49,089 nt of DNA from Candidatus Caldarchaeales archaeon (GCA_039630085.1 JBCNVM010000010.1:1-49089); one strand, 5' to 3'. Counted from the stretch's first letter, positions 37,656 to 46,366 are shown. A program made the numbers and translations. The notes: generated from the sequence alone by a model not told the origin.

Positions 37656-38843
37656 GTGGTCGAGCTAGCGTCGATAGAGCCCGTCGTGAAGGGATGGGAG
37701 GAGGTCGCGCTGAGCTTCCCGGAGATCAGGAGGTACGGGAGGCACCTGATCATGCCGGAAGTCGGGATGAAGGGGCAGAGGAAACTGAAGGCCGCGAGGG
37801 TCCTTGTGGTGGGAGCCGGAGGGCTCGGGTCTCCGGTTGCGCTTTACCTCGCGGCCGCGGGCGTCGGGAGGGTCGGGATCGTGGACTTCGACGCGGTCGA
37901 CGAGACCAACCTCCAGCGCCAGGTCCTCTTCACCACCGAGGAGGTCGGGAGGCCGAAGGTCGAGGCCGCCAGGGAGAGGCTGGAGAGGCTCAACCCGTAC
38001 GTCGAGGTGGTCTCGTATAACTCGACGATCGACTCCTCGAACGCCCTCGAGATCATCAGGGACTACGACGTCGTGGTCGACGCCACCGACAACTTCCCGA
38101 CGAGGTACCTCCTGAACGACGCCTGCGTCTTCCTCGGGAAGCCGCTGGTCTACGGGAGCATCTTCAGGTTCGACGGCCAGGTCTCGGTCTTCTACGCGGG
38201 TAAGGGACCGTGCTACAGGTGCCTCTACCCGGAGCCCCCTCCGCCGGGCCTCGTCCCCTCCTGCGCCGAAGGCGGAGTCCTCGGGGTGCTTCCGGGGATC
38301 ATAGGCTCCCTCCAGGCCAACGAGGCCATCAAGCTGATCCTCGGGGTCGGGAGGCCGCTGATAGGGAAGCTCCTGCTGGTAGACGCGCTCTCGATGACCT
38401 TCAGGGAGCTCTCCTTCCAGAGGGACAGGAACTGCCCGGTCTGCGGCGACAACCCGACCATAAGGGAGCTGATCGACTACGAGGCCTTCTGCGGCGTCAG
38501 GGTCACGGGCGAGGAGCTGGTCTCGGGCTTCAGCGTCACGCCGGAACAGCTGAAGGAGATGCTCGAGAGGGGCGAGAGGGTCGAGCTGATCGACGTCAGG
38601 GAACCCGTGGAGTGGGAGATCTGCCACATCCCGGGCGCGAGGCTGATACCTCTGGGCCAGCTCACCTCGAGGCTCCACGAGATCGACCAGACCAAAAGGA
38701 TCGTGGTCTACTGCCACACGGGCCAGAGGAGCGCGCTCGCGGTCAAGCTGCTCAGGGACATCGGGATAGCCCGGGCTTGCAACCTCGCCGGAGGGATAGA
38801 CGCCTACGCCGAGAGGATAGACCCCGGCATGCCCAGATACTGA
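37656..38843 (+). CDS. moeB: MoeB/ThiF adenylyltransferase with C-terminal rhodanese domain (MoeZ-like)
   Basis: RYGRH, GAGGLG, NLQRQ, CYRC, PSCAEGGVLG, CPVC, rhodanese YCHTGQRS. Confidence 0.92.
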   Translation: MVELASIEPVVKGWEEVALSFPEIRRYGRHLIMPEVGMKGQRKLKAARVLVVGAGGLGSPVALYLAAAGVGRVGIVDFDAVDETNLQRQVLFTTEEVGRPKVEAARERLERLNPYVEVVSYNSTIDSSNALEIIRDYDVVVDATDNFPTRYLLNDACVFLGKPLVYGSIFRFDGQVSVFYAGKGPCYRCLYPEPPPPGLVPSCAEGGVLGVLPGIIGSLQANEAIKLILGVGRPLIGKLLLVDALSMTFRELSFQRDRNCPVCGDNPTIRELIDYEAFCGVRVTGEELVSGFSVTPEQLKEMLERGERVELIDVREPVEWEICHIPGARLIPLGQLTSRLHEIDQTKRIVVYCHTGQRSALAVKLLRDIGIARACNLAGGIDAYAERIDPGMPRY

Positions 38844-38970
38844 GCGGATACGATATTCCCGGAGTCTGACCGGCGTATTCCGTGCGCTACCTCTTGTACC
38901 CGCTACGTCCGCATTTCTAGTAACTCAATCGGGAAAAGAGATAACTATAGGGGCTCCAAACCTCAACGAC

Positions 38971-40662
38971 ATGAAGGGAAGCCTAGTCCTCCTGCTGGGG
39001 ACGATGCTGGCGTTGACGGCGCTCGGTGTAGCGCACGCTGAGGTCGTTACGTTCAGGCAGAGCTTCGGCGGATCTGATCCGGAGCTTTTAGGCGGCATAG
39101 CGGTCGACGGGACCTACCTGTACGCTGTGGGGTCGACGCAGAGCTTCGGCCCCAATGCATGGAACTTCTTCCTCTCCGTCTTCAAGCTCTCAGACAACAC
39201 ATATCATTGCAGTTCAGCGGTCGACATCCAAGGCAGTCCGAGGGACCTCGCGAAGAAGGTCGTCGTCCACGCAGGCCAGGTCTATGTCGTCGGACAGACG
39301 TTCCATGGCATTAACCAACCGAACATCTTCATAGCGAAGATGGACTCTAACTGCAATCTAGCCGGACTGAAGGTCTACGACTTGGGCACAGGGGACAGTG
39401 TTGAAGGACTGGCGATAAGCGGAGAAGGTAGCTTCATCTACATAGCCGGCGCAACACAGAATGCTGCGCTGCTCATGGCCGTAAGGACGTCTGACCTCTC
39501 CGCGACATGGATCAGGGAGTTCAAGGTTGTCGGGGGAGGAGACTTCGCACAGTCCGTAGCCTTTGATGGAGGAAAGCTGTACGTGACCGGTCATACTTCT
39601 AACGGCGACCTCTTTGTGTCACGCTTCGACATCAACGGCAACCACGAGGCAACTAGGACGTTCGCGACGCCGGACTTCGAAGGGGGGAGGGACATCGTGA
39701 TATCAGGAAACAAGATCTACGTCTCAGGGACATATGCGCCCCCCGCTGGAACGAGGATGCTAATCATGAGGCTTGATCCGGGGACCCTCAACGTCGAGTG
39801 GGCTAAAGTGATCGATATGTCGCCGGGCGCGGTAGACACACGATCCGTCTCCGTTGCGGGAGGTCTCGTGTACTCTTTTGGAACAACGACACTCTTCGGC
39901 ACAGATGACGCCCTGATGGTCGCGCTCAAGGCCACCAGCACCGGCGACCTCGCCTTCATGTTTGTTGTCGCGAGGGATGCGTCTATTCAGAGGGCAATCG
40001 ATTCGGCACCTTTGGGATCCTGTGTCGTCTTCGGCGGCGACACCAATGGCTGGCCGATTTATTACGCCGTACCGGACTTCACCGTCGGATCGATAAGCTT
40101 CAGCATTTCGTCCCCGACCCTGTCGATCGCGGCTCCGTCGCCGGGCGACATCGCAGCAACTCCGGCGCTGATGCCGTTCACGCCGACCCTCAACAACCCG
40201 GGGACCGTGGATGCCTTCTACTCGAGGTTCTGTCCGGACGCGCTGACCGTCTCAACCACCGTCACCGTCACTTCTACTTCATCCACGACGACGACCCTCT
40301 CCACTACCACAACCTCGGTGGTGAAGACGACGACCACCGCCTACGACATCAGGTTGACCACCATCACTCAGACAGAGAGGACGACGCTTACCGGGACCAC
40401 CAGCGTCACGACCACCCTCACGGCCCTTACCACCACGACAAGAACGGAGTCGACGACCCTGACGCTTCAGACCACTCAAACTCTTCAGACCACGCAGACT
40501 TTCCAGACCACTCAGACGTTTCAGACCACCCAGACCTTCACCACTACTCAGGTCTTCGCGGAGCCGATCACGACATACATCATACCCGCGCTCCTCGCGG
40601 TGATAGCTGCCCTCCTCGGCGCGGCGATCGTGGTGGGCAGGAGGAGACGGTACCCGTTCTGA
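38971..40662 (+). CDS. Secreted beta-propeller-like surface protein with Thr-rich stalk and C-terminal TM anchor
   Basis: Signal peptide (AHA/E), repeated YxxGxT...D.f..K blades, Thr-rich linker, TM plus RRRR. Confidence 0.8.
   Translation: MKGSLVLLLGTMLALTALGVAHAEVVTFRQSFGGSDPELLGGIAVDGTYLYAVGSTQSFGPNAWNFFLSVFKLSDNTYHCSSAVDIQGSPRDLAKKVVVHAGQVYVVGQTFHGINQPNIFIAKMDSNCNLAGLKVYDLGTGDSVEGLAISGEGSFIYIAGATQNAALLMAVRTSDLSATWIREFKVVGGGDFAQSVAFDGGKLYVTGHTSNGDLFVSRFDINGNHEATRTFATPDFEGGRDIVISGNKIYVSGTYAPPAGTRMLIMRLDPGTLNVEWAKVIDMSPGAVDTRSVSVAGGLVYSFGTTTLFGTDDALMVALKATSTGDLAFMFVVARDASIQRAIDSAPLGSCVVFGGDTNGWPIYYAVPDFTVGSISFSISSPTLSIAAPSPGDIAATPALMPFTPTLNNPGTVDAFYSRFCPDALTVSTTVTVTSTSSTTTTLSTTTTSVVKTTTTAYDIRLTTITQTERTTLTGTTSVTTTLTALTTTTRTESTTLTLQTTQTLQTTQTFQTTQTFQTTQTFTTTQVFAEPITTYIIPALLAVIAALLGAAIVVGRRRRYPF
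40468..40557 (+). repeat. Five imperfect 18-bp tandem repeats encoding QTTQT(L/F)
   Basis: CAGACCACnCARACnYTY units; the fifth is degenerate (TTTQVF). Confidence 0.85.
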
Positions 40663-40687
40663 GGCCTACCGCCTAGCCAAGATCTTT

Positions 40688-41371
40688 TCACTCTATCAGC
40701 GGCAGCACCTCTCCGACCACGTAGTCGAGGAAGTCGGACTCGGAGATCCTGCTGAAGGCGGTCACGACGCAGTTCCTGGTGAGCCCGTAGATCCTCCCGC
40801 CCTCTTTCGTGGCGTAGACGATGTACCAGATCTTCCCGTGCCTGAGGGCCTCGTCGTACATCGAGGTGTCCATCAGCGATGGCCCCGCGAGGGCCAGCTT
40901 GTCGACCCCGGGGTAGTCCACCTGGTCGAACCAGATCAGCCTCGTCGACTCGGGGTTCCGGTTGTGGAGCTCCACCAGCCTCTCGTGGGGGATCCTCGCC
41001 TCGACGATCGACCTGAAGTCGAGGAAGAGGGCGTGACTCAGGGTGGTCGCGACGTAGTTGGCGAAGTGCTTCTCCTGCATCACCACGAGCAGCAGCTTAT
41101 CCCCCCTGTCCCTGAACTCTATGTACGCGTCGACCGTCTTCACCACCGGGACCGCCTTCCCCCTCTGCCGGACCCTGATCAGTTTGTCCCTGCTGAAGAC
41201 CCCCGAGACCCTGTCCCTCTCGCCCCTGACGTCGTGGACATCCGTCACCAGCTCGACCTCGGTGTCGTCCTCCTTCGCGACCTCGACGCTCCTGAAGTCC
41301 TTCAGCTTCTGGGCTATCGCGCCGAGGCTCGACTTGGCCCTGACGTCAAAAATCTTCGCGGTCAGCACCAT
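40688..41371 (-). CDS. Hypothetical protein
   Basis: Host-like codon usage, 227 aa, no recognised catalytic motif. Confidence 0.75.
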   Translation of the reverse strand: MVLTAKIFDVRAKSSLGAIAQKLKDFRSVEVAKEDDTEVELVTDVHDVRGERDRVSGVFSRDKLIRVRQRGKAVPVVKTVDAYIEFRDRGDKLLLVVMQEKHFANYVATTLSHALFLDFRSIVEARIPHERLVELHNRNPESTRLIWFDQVDYPGVDKLALAGPSLMDTSMYDEALRHGKIWYIVYATKEGGRIYGLTRNCVVTAFSRISESDFLDYVVGEVLPLIE

Positions 41372-41418
41372 TTCACGGGAAGTCCTTCGGGCCCGGAGAT
41401 AACGGAATCGCCGGACCC

Positions 41419-42438
41419 TCAGGGCCCGGTGCCGGCGGTCAGGGCGAGGATGGCGGCCCTCACGTAGAGAAGGTTCTCGGCCTGGTCGTAGATGACGCTC
41501 CTGGGGCCGTCCATGACCTCGTCGTCGGCCTCCTGGCCCCTGAAGACCGGGAGGACGTGGGTCACGATGCCGTGCCTGTCCATCAGGTCGGCGAGCTCCC
41601 TCGTCAGCCTCCAGTCTTGGTGCCTCCTGTGGAGCTCCAGCTCCCTCTCCCTCCCGAACCTGTTCAGGCCCTCGAGGACGCAGGCGTGGCTCGCCCAGCT
41701 CCTCGGGAAGACGACGTGGGCCCCCCTCAGCGCCTCCCTGGGGTCGTGGGAGACCTCTAGGGAGCCGTCGGAGTCCCTGGCGTTCTGCTCCGCGACCCTC
41801 ACCAGCCTCTCATCGAGGTCGAAGCCGGGCGGGTAGCAGAGGACCACGTCCATCCCGTAGCGGGTCGCGAGGAGCATCTCGTCCTGGACGCTCCCCCAGC
41901 TCCTTATCCGATCGCTGTAGGCCCACATGATGACGTACCTCTTACCCTCCGGCCTCCAGTTGAACCTCTCCGAGATCGTGTAGAGGTCGGCGATCGCCTG
42001 AGAGGGGTGGAACATGTCGTCGGCCATGTTGACGACCGGAATCCTCGCGTGCTCCGCGTACTCCCTCACCACCGCGTTCCCCCTTCCGTAGACGTAGTCG
42101 ACCGCGGACTCCAGTATCCTCACTCCCAGGGCGTGCCCGAACCTCTCGTACATCCTCGCCATGTCCTTGACAGACTCGCCCTCCGCGCCCCTCGTGGTCG
42201 CGAAGTCGATGAACTGCGCGTGCCCTCCCAGCATCGTAGCCGCGGCCTCGAAGCTCGCCCTCGTCCTGGTGGAGGTGTTGTAGAAGATCATGAAGAAGGT
42301 CCTGTTCTTGAAGAGCTCGGGGACGCTGCCGGCGTACCTCATCACCTTGAGCTGCCTCGCGAGGTCCATGACGGCGCCGATCTCCTCCAGGGACCAGTCC
42401 TGGCTCGAGATCAGGTCCTTGCCCTTGACCTCGATCAT
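41419..42438 (-). CDS. Ornithine/aspartate carbamoyltransferase family enzyme, atypical (AOTCase/YgeW-like)
   Basis: STRTRASF, HPSQ, WAYS, FPRSW, HVLP (for HCLP), YDQAEN. Confidence 0.85.
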   Translation of the reverse strand: MIEVKGKDLISSQDWSLEEIGAVMDLARQLKVMRYAGSVPELFKNRTFFMIFYNTSTRTRASFEAAATMLGGHAQFIDFATTRGAEGESVKDMARMYERFGHALGVRILESAVDYVYGRGNAVVREYAEHARIPVVNMADDMFHPSQAIADLYTISERFNWRPEGKRYVIMWAYSDRIRSWGSVQDEMLLATRYGMDVVLCYPPGFDLDERLVRVAEQNARDSDGSLEVSHDPREALRGAHVVFPRSWASHACVLEGLNRFGRERELELHRRHQDWRLTRELADLMDRHGIVTHVLPVFRGQEADDEVMDGPRSVIYDQAENLLYVRAAILALTAGTGP

Positions 42439-42480
42439 CAGTGCTCCTTGTCCCGTCCCGCCAATAAACCGTAGCCGGGC

Positions 42481-43893
42481 TCAGTCGGTCACCAGGACCT
42501 TCATCTCCTCCGCGATCCCCAAGAGCGTCCTCCTGACCCTCTCGACGAGGTTGTTGGGCCCCGACGCCGCCCTCCCCACGATCACGAGGTCCATGTCTCC
42601 GTAGACCTCGTCGACCGACTCGACGTCCTGCCATCCCGAGACCTCGGCGACGACCCTCGAGACGTCGGACTGGGGCCTCAGCTTGACCATGATGTAGACC
42701 TTCTCGATCCCGAAGTAGGCCCTGAGGAGGTCCTCCGGGATCCTGAGCCCGAGCACCGCCTCTAACCCCTCCCTGAGTTCCTGGAACCTGACCCTCCCTC
42801 CGTTGGCGACGTAGTGGGCCGCGACGAACTCCGCCGCCCTCCTGGCGGCCTCCTCGTCGAGCGAGGCGTTCAGCTTGGACGCGATGTCGAGGAAGACCTT
42901 GTGGCTGATGTACGGCGTCGGGGCGAGGGCGACCCCGTCGAAGTCGAACCTCAGCTTCCCAACGGGGACGTAACCGTCAGGCCTCCTGATGACCATCGAC
43001 TGGTGGACTCCGGCCCTGACCGTCCTCGACTCGGGGGCGAGCGGGTGCCTCCAGTATTGCCTGATCCCCGTGACCCTCGAGAACTCCGCGTAGGCCCAGG
43101 CCAGCCTCTCCCTCCTCACGCCGAGGTCGACGCCGTGGACGTCGTGGAGCGTCGCGACCACCTCGTAGAGGTCCGCGATCCCGTTCCTGTCGCCGATGCC
43201 GAAGAGCGTGACGTGGGCCTCCTCCGCCCCCTCCAGCACAGCGGTCACCGTGTTGGCCGAGGCCATTCCGTAGTCGTTGTGGAAGTGGCAGGCGATCGGA
43301 AGGGCCGACCTCTCCCTGCAGTACCTGACGAAGGAGGCCGCGAGGAGTGGAGTCATGAGGCCGCTGGTGTCGGGGAGGCTGACCATCGTGGCTCCCGCGC
43401 TCCGGAGGTCCTTCGTGAAGTCCAGCAGCCTGTCCAGCTCCCTGAACTGTCCCTCGACGAAGAGCCTCGAGACGTCCTCTAGCGTCGCCCTCACGTAGCC
43501 GTACCCCTGGGACCTGCAGAGCTCCGCCGCCTCGAGGAGCCTCGCCATCACCTCCTCCTCCGACATCCCCTTCAGCTTGTGCTCCCTGTGGACCCTCGAG
43601 ACCGCGACGTAGAACGCGACGCCGTCGACGTCGTACTTCGTGAAGGCCTCGATGTCCGCCCTGTAGGCCCTTCCGTGCATCACCACCTCGACTCCCCTGT
43701 CCCTCAGGAGCTCGACGACCGGCCTTACGTCGGCCTCCGTCGTCTTCGGCGGGTAGTCGACGGTCACCTCGACCCTCCTCAGCCCCAGCTCCGCGAGGAT
43801 CTCCGCGACCTTCAGCTTCCTCTCCGGGGTCAGGAACTTGAAGAGCTCGCCCTCCCTCAGCGTCGAGTCGAGCAGCGTCGGCAAGCCCCGCAC
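42481..43893 (-). CDS. Homocitrate synthase / DRE-TIM metallolyase with C-terminal RAM domain
   Basis: LDSTLREGE, LPDTSG, HFHNDYGMA.AN, GIGDRNGI, AGVHQ; C-terminal EVYGDMDLVI RAM domain. Confidence 0.8.
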   Translation of the reverse strand: MRGLPTLLDSTLREGELFKFLTPERKLKVAEILAELGLRRVEVTVDYPPKTTEADVRPVVELLRDRGVEVVMHGRAYRADIEAFTKYDVDGVAFYVAVSRVHREHKLKGMSEEEVMARLLEAAELCRSQGYGYVRATLEDVSRLFVEGQFRELDRLLDFTKDLRSAGATMVSLPDTSGLMTPLLAASFVRYCRERSALPIACHFHNDYGMASANTVTAVLEGAEEAHVTLFGIGDRNGIADLYEVVATLHDVHGVDLGVRRERLAWAYAEFSRVTGIRQYWRHPLAPESRTVRAGVHQSMVIRRPDGYVPVGKLRFDFDGVALAPTPYISHKVFLDIASKLNASLDEEAARRAAEFVAAHYVANGGRVRFQELREGLEAVLGLRIPEDLLRAYFGIEKVYIMVKLRPQSDVSRVVAEVSGWQDVESVDEVYGDMDLVIVGRAASGPNNLVERVRRTLLGIAEEMKVLVTD

Positions 43894-43950
43894 CTTTGGC
43901 GGCTCGTGTATTAGCCGACAAATCAATCTATGTTAAGACACACGTCGAAC

Positions 43951-43965
43951 GTGCAGAGTCCGCAT
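43951..43965. promoter_or_regulatory. Candidate Lrp/LysM operator GTGCAGAGTCCGCAT upstream of homocitrate synthase
   Basis: 11/15 match to the reverse complement of the 37482-37496 palindrome; just upstream of the TATA-like TTAACATA. Confidence 0.4.
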
Positions 43966-44091
43966 GGGAGCCGACGGGGCGCGATCACCCAAATATACCG
44001 GCCGGGGATGGTAGTGCGCGAAGGGCCCGTAACCGAGGTCATGGGCCAAGGGAAATCAAATAAAAATACCGGGAAGGCATGGATGGATGTA

Positions 44092-44180
44092 GGGCCTGAA
44101 GCTCTGCCAGGAAGAGCGCCCGGCCACATGGGGTGAGGCTCTTAACCGGGAGGTCCCGGGTTCAAATCCCGGCAGGCCCG
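44092..44180 (+). tRNA. tRNA-Lys(CTT) with 15-nt intron at position 30/31 (44123-44137)
   Basis: Acceptor GGGCCTG/CAGGCCC, D stem GCTC/GAGC, anticodon arm CCCGG-CT CTT AA-CCGGG after splicing, T arm CCGGG-TTCAAAT-CCCGG, G73, CCA not encoded, BHB at the intron. Confidence 0.92.
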
Positions 44181-44206
44181 CATTCCTGACAATTCAAGAT
44201 CAGGGA

Positions 44207-46210
44207 CTAGTAAACAATAATTATGGACAATCGGGAGTCGGAAAAATTCGAGGGGGGAGAGTCCGTCCTCTGAGTTCGTCTCGATTCCTCCGTTCTCATC
44301 ACCTTATCCCTAAGCTTCGCAAGCTTGCGCGGTATCACGAAGCCGACTTTGGCCGCAAACGCCCGTAGCGAGGAGTATCGAATTCGAATGCGGTAAAGGT
44401 CCTTCTTCGATATCGCTGGGTGGTCCGAGATCATCTTGACGTCGCCACCACGTCTGTGTAGATGTGGTCCAGTAGTTTCGATCTTTAACGCACTTAGCTG
44501 CTCCTGCACGAATGTAAGGATCCGGACATCAGTGTTGTAGGCCTCTACTCCCACGCTAGAGGCGCACCCCTCCGCGTCGAAGAACCCGCGGAGGAATGCT
44601 GCCCGGCAGGCGTCGTTGAATTCAACGAATGGTCTGATTTTCTCGATCTGCCTTCTAGCTACCAGCTCGTAGAGAACTCTACTGCGCACCTGTGCCCTAT
44701 ACATAACAGTTCCATTCCTCATGACCTTCTCAACTGCGGGCGCCGGTCGGCGCAAAACCATTTCTACACAGCGAGAGAATTCTTCAACAAATTCGCGATC
44801 CTTAGCGACAAGCACCAGAACGTACAGACCGTCCGCAGTCCTATACGTGTAGCCGTCGCCCATCATCACCCCGATGATATACGCGAGCTCCGGGGACGGC
44901 TCAAGTAGAACGATAGAGTCTTCTCTCCTCTCGCTTTCATTCTCCGTGTTTCTTTCAGGTTTCCTTCCAGGTTTTCTTAGACCTCTCGGCAAAGTTTCGC
45001 CCCGAAGCCATCTGTCGATAGTCGACGGGTGGAATCTCAGACCGTCCTTTGCGAGCTCCTTGGTGATCCGTCGATATCCGAGCCCCATCCGGTTGAGTTC
45101 ACGCACTCGTTTCAGGATCTCATTCTGCCGCTCTGGTGTTTCTCCCAGCATATGTTTTAACCATTTTATTAAGCTGTTTTCATGGACATGAATGCCCTCC
45201 CTTCGGAGTTCTGCGCGGATTCTATAGTACGGCAGCCCTTGCCGTCGTAGCTCAGCTGCACGATTCAGAACCCTTTCTCTGAGCTCTATGCTGTCCTTGA
45301 TGTGTTTCCACGTGTATATAGGAGGTTTAAAGACCATATCGCCGAGTATGTCGTAATCCCTGAACCAGCTCTCAAGTGTCCTTTCTGCTATGTAGATCTT
45401 TTCCTCTTCTAACTTCCTCACGATCTCGCTCAGACTGAGTCCCTGTTGTCTGTACTCCAGTGCTTTTCTTAGGATAATGTCTTTGTATGTGCGCCACATC
45501 CAGACGTACCTGTAAATGATCTCTTTAGCCTCTCTAGGTTTCACGTGTTCCGCGTTAGTGTGCTCAGGTGTCGCACTCTCGGACGGTGTCGTCGCGACGA
45601 TTTCTGCCATCTCAGCCTGATCAGGAGCAGAACTCTCGGGAGGTTCCTCGGCGATCTCGACGATTTCAGCATGTTCAGACGCTGTGATATCGGGTGGCTT
45701 AGTGACGATTTTCGTAGTTTCGCCAGCAGCAGGAGTGACCACGATACTGCTTGTCGATCGGGCCCTTGGCACCGTGACAGGGGCGGGCAGATCTCTAGGC
45801 TTGTGGTGTCCCTTGATCCAGCCCCACAGTGTTCCCCGAGGCAGTTTTATGTTAAACTTTCTCCAAATTTCGGCGATAATTTGCCGATACGTCGCCCCAT
45901 CGTCACGTAGTCGTAGGACTTCATAATAGATCTGGCACCAGAGATCCGGAGATGAGCGTGGGAATCTCGCGCCAAAGTGCTTCCGTACCCAGTTATATAT
46001 ACTCGGATACGGCAGATCAATCCCCTCCTTCAAAAGTGTCCGACGAATTTCAGCAGGCCTGTGTCCAGCCGCTGCAAGAGTCAGGACTCGTTGTTTAAGG
46101 GTCGCAGGATATGGTATTCTTCTCCCCCCTTTCGTGGAATTTCGTCGGCTCTCGTCTACCGAAAAAGGAGACGAGACCGCTGAGTCTGGACCCACCAAGC
46201 CGTCCGACAT
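44207..46210 (-). CDS. Free-standing LAGLIDADG endonuclease with five N-terminal HTH-like repeats
   Basis: Motif 1 ELAYIIGVMMGDG, motif 2 AFLRGFFDAEG. Five units with consensus V..L...G..Y..I...L...g..l...Tl..W. No Hint (intein) termini. GGAGGTGA SD. Confidence 0.85.
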   Translation of the reverse strand: MSDGLVGPDSAVSSPFSVDESRRNSTKGGRRIPYPATLKQRVLTLAAAGHRPAEIRRTLLKEGIDLPYPSIYNWVRKHFGARFPRSSPDLWCQIYYEVLRLRDDGATYRQIIAEIWRKFNIKLPRGTLWGWIKGHHKPRDLPAPVTVPRARSTSSIVVTPAAGETTKIVTKPPDITASEHAEIVEIAEEPPESSAPDQAEMAEIVATTPSESATPEHTNAEHVKPREAKEIIYRYVWMWRTYKDIILRKALEYRQQGLSLSEIVRKLEEEKIYIAERTLESWFRDYDILGDMVFKPPIYTWKHIKDSIELRERVLNRAAELRRQGLPYYRIRAELRREGIHVHENSLIKWLKHMLGETPERQNEILKRVRELNRMGLGYRRITKELAKDGLRFHPSTIDRWLRGETLPRGLRKPGRKPERNTENESERREDSIVLLEPSPELAYIIGVMMGDGYTYRTADGLYVLVLVAKDREFVEEFSRCVEMVLRRPAPAVEKVMRNGTVMYRAQVRSRVLYELVARRQIEKIRPFVEFNDACRAAFLRGFFDAEGCASSVGVEAYNTDVRILTFVQEQLSALKIETTGPHLHRRGGDVKMISDHPAISKKDLYRIRIRYSSLRAFAAKVGFVIPRKLAKLRDKVMRTEESRRTQRTDSPPSNFSDSRLSIIIVY

Positions 46211-46366
46211 CTCCTTCTCACCTCCCGGGGGGCCCGAACCTCCCTTCCCCGAGCAGGAGGAAACCCTCCCGCTAGGAGAAGAGCAGGAGGGTCCCCCTCT
46301 CGGGGGTTACATAAAAAGAGGAGGTTGGGTTTGGGGAGGTGACAGAAATCGTCGTTGGCGTTGAGG

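Noticed and set aside
38812-38872. Possible C/D sRNA at the moeB 3' end (two CTGA boxes; TATTCCCGGAGT could pair with 23S ...CCGGGGAUA)
   Set aside because: C and C' boxes are poor and the spacing is atypical; left uncalled pending alignment to the organism's rRNA.
40468-40557. CRISPR array
   Set aside because: Repeats are contiguous 18-mers with no spacers and lie in frame within a gene; no CRISPR array or cas genes were seen in the window.
44022-44047. GGGCCCGTA... resembling a tRNA 5' end / split-tRNA piece upstream of tRNA-Lys
   Set aside because: Only an imperfect hairpin; no D arm or BHB-forming leader.
44207-46210. Intein
   Set aside because: LAGLIDADG domain present, but no N-terminal Cys/Ser block A, no C-terminal His-Asn and no host extein.
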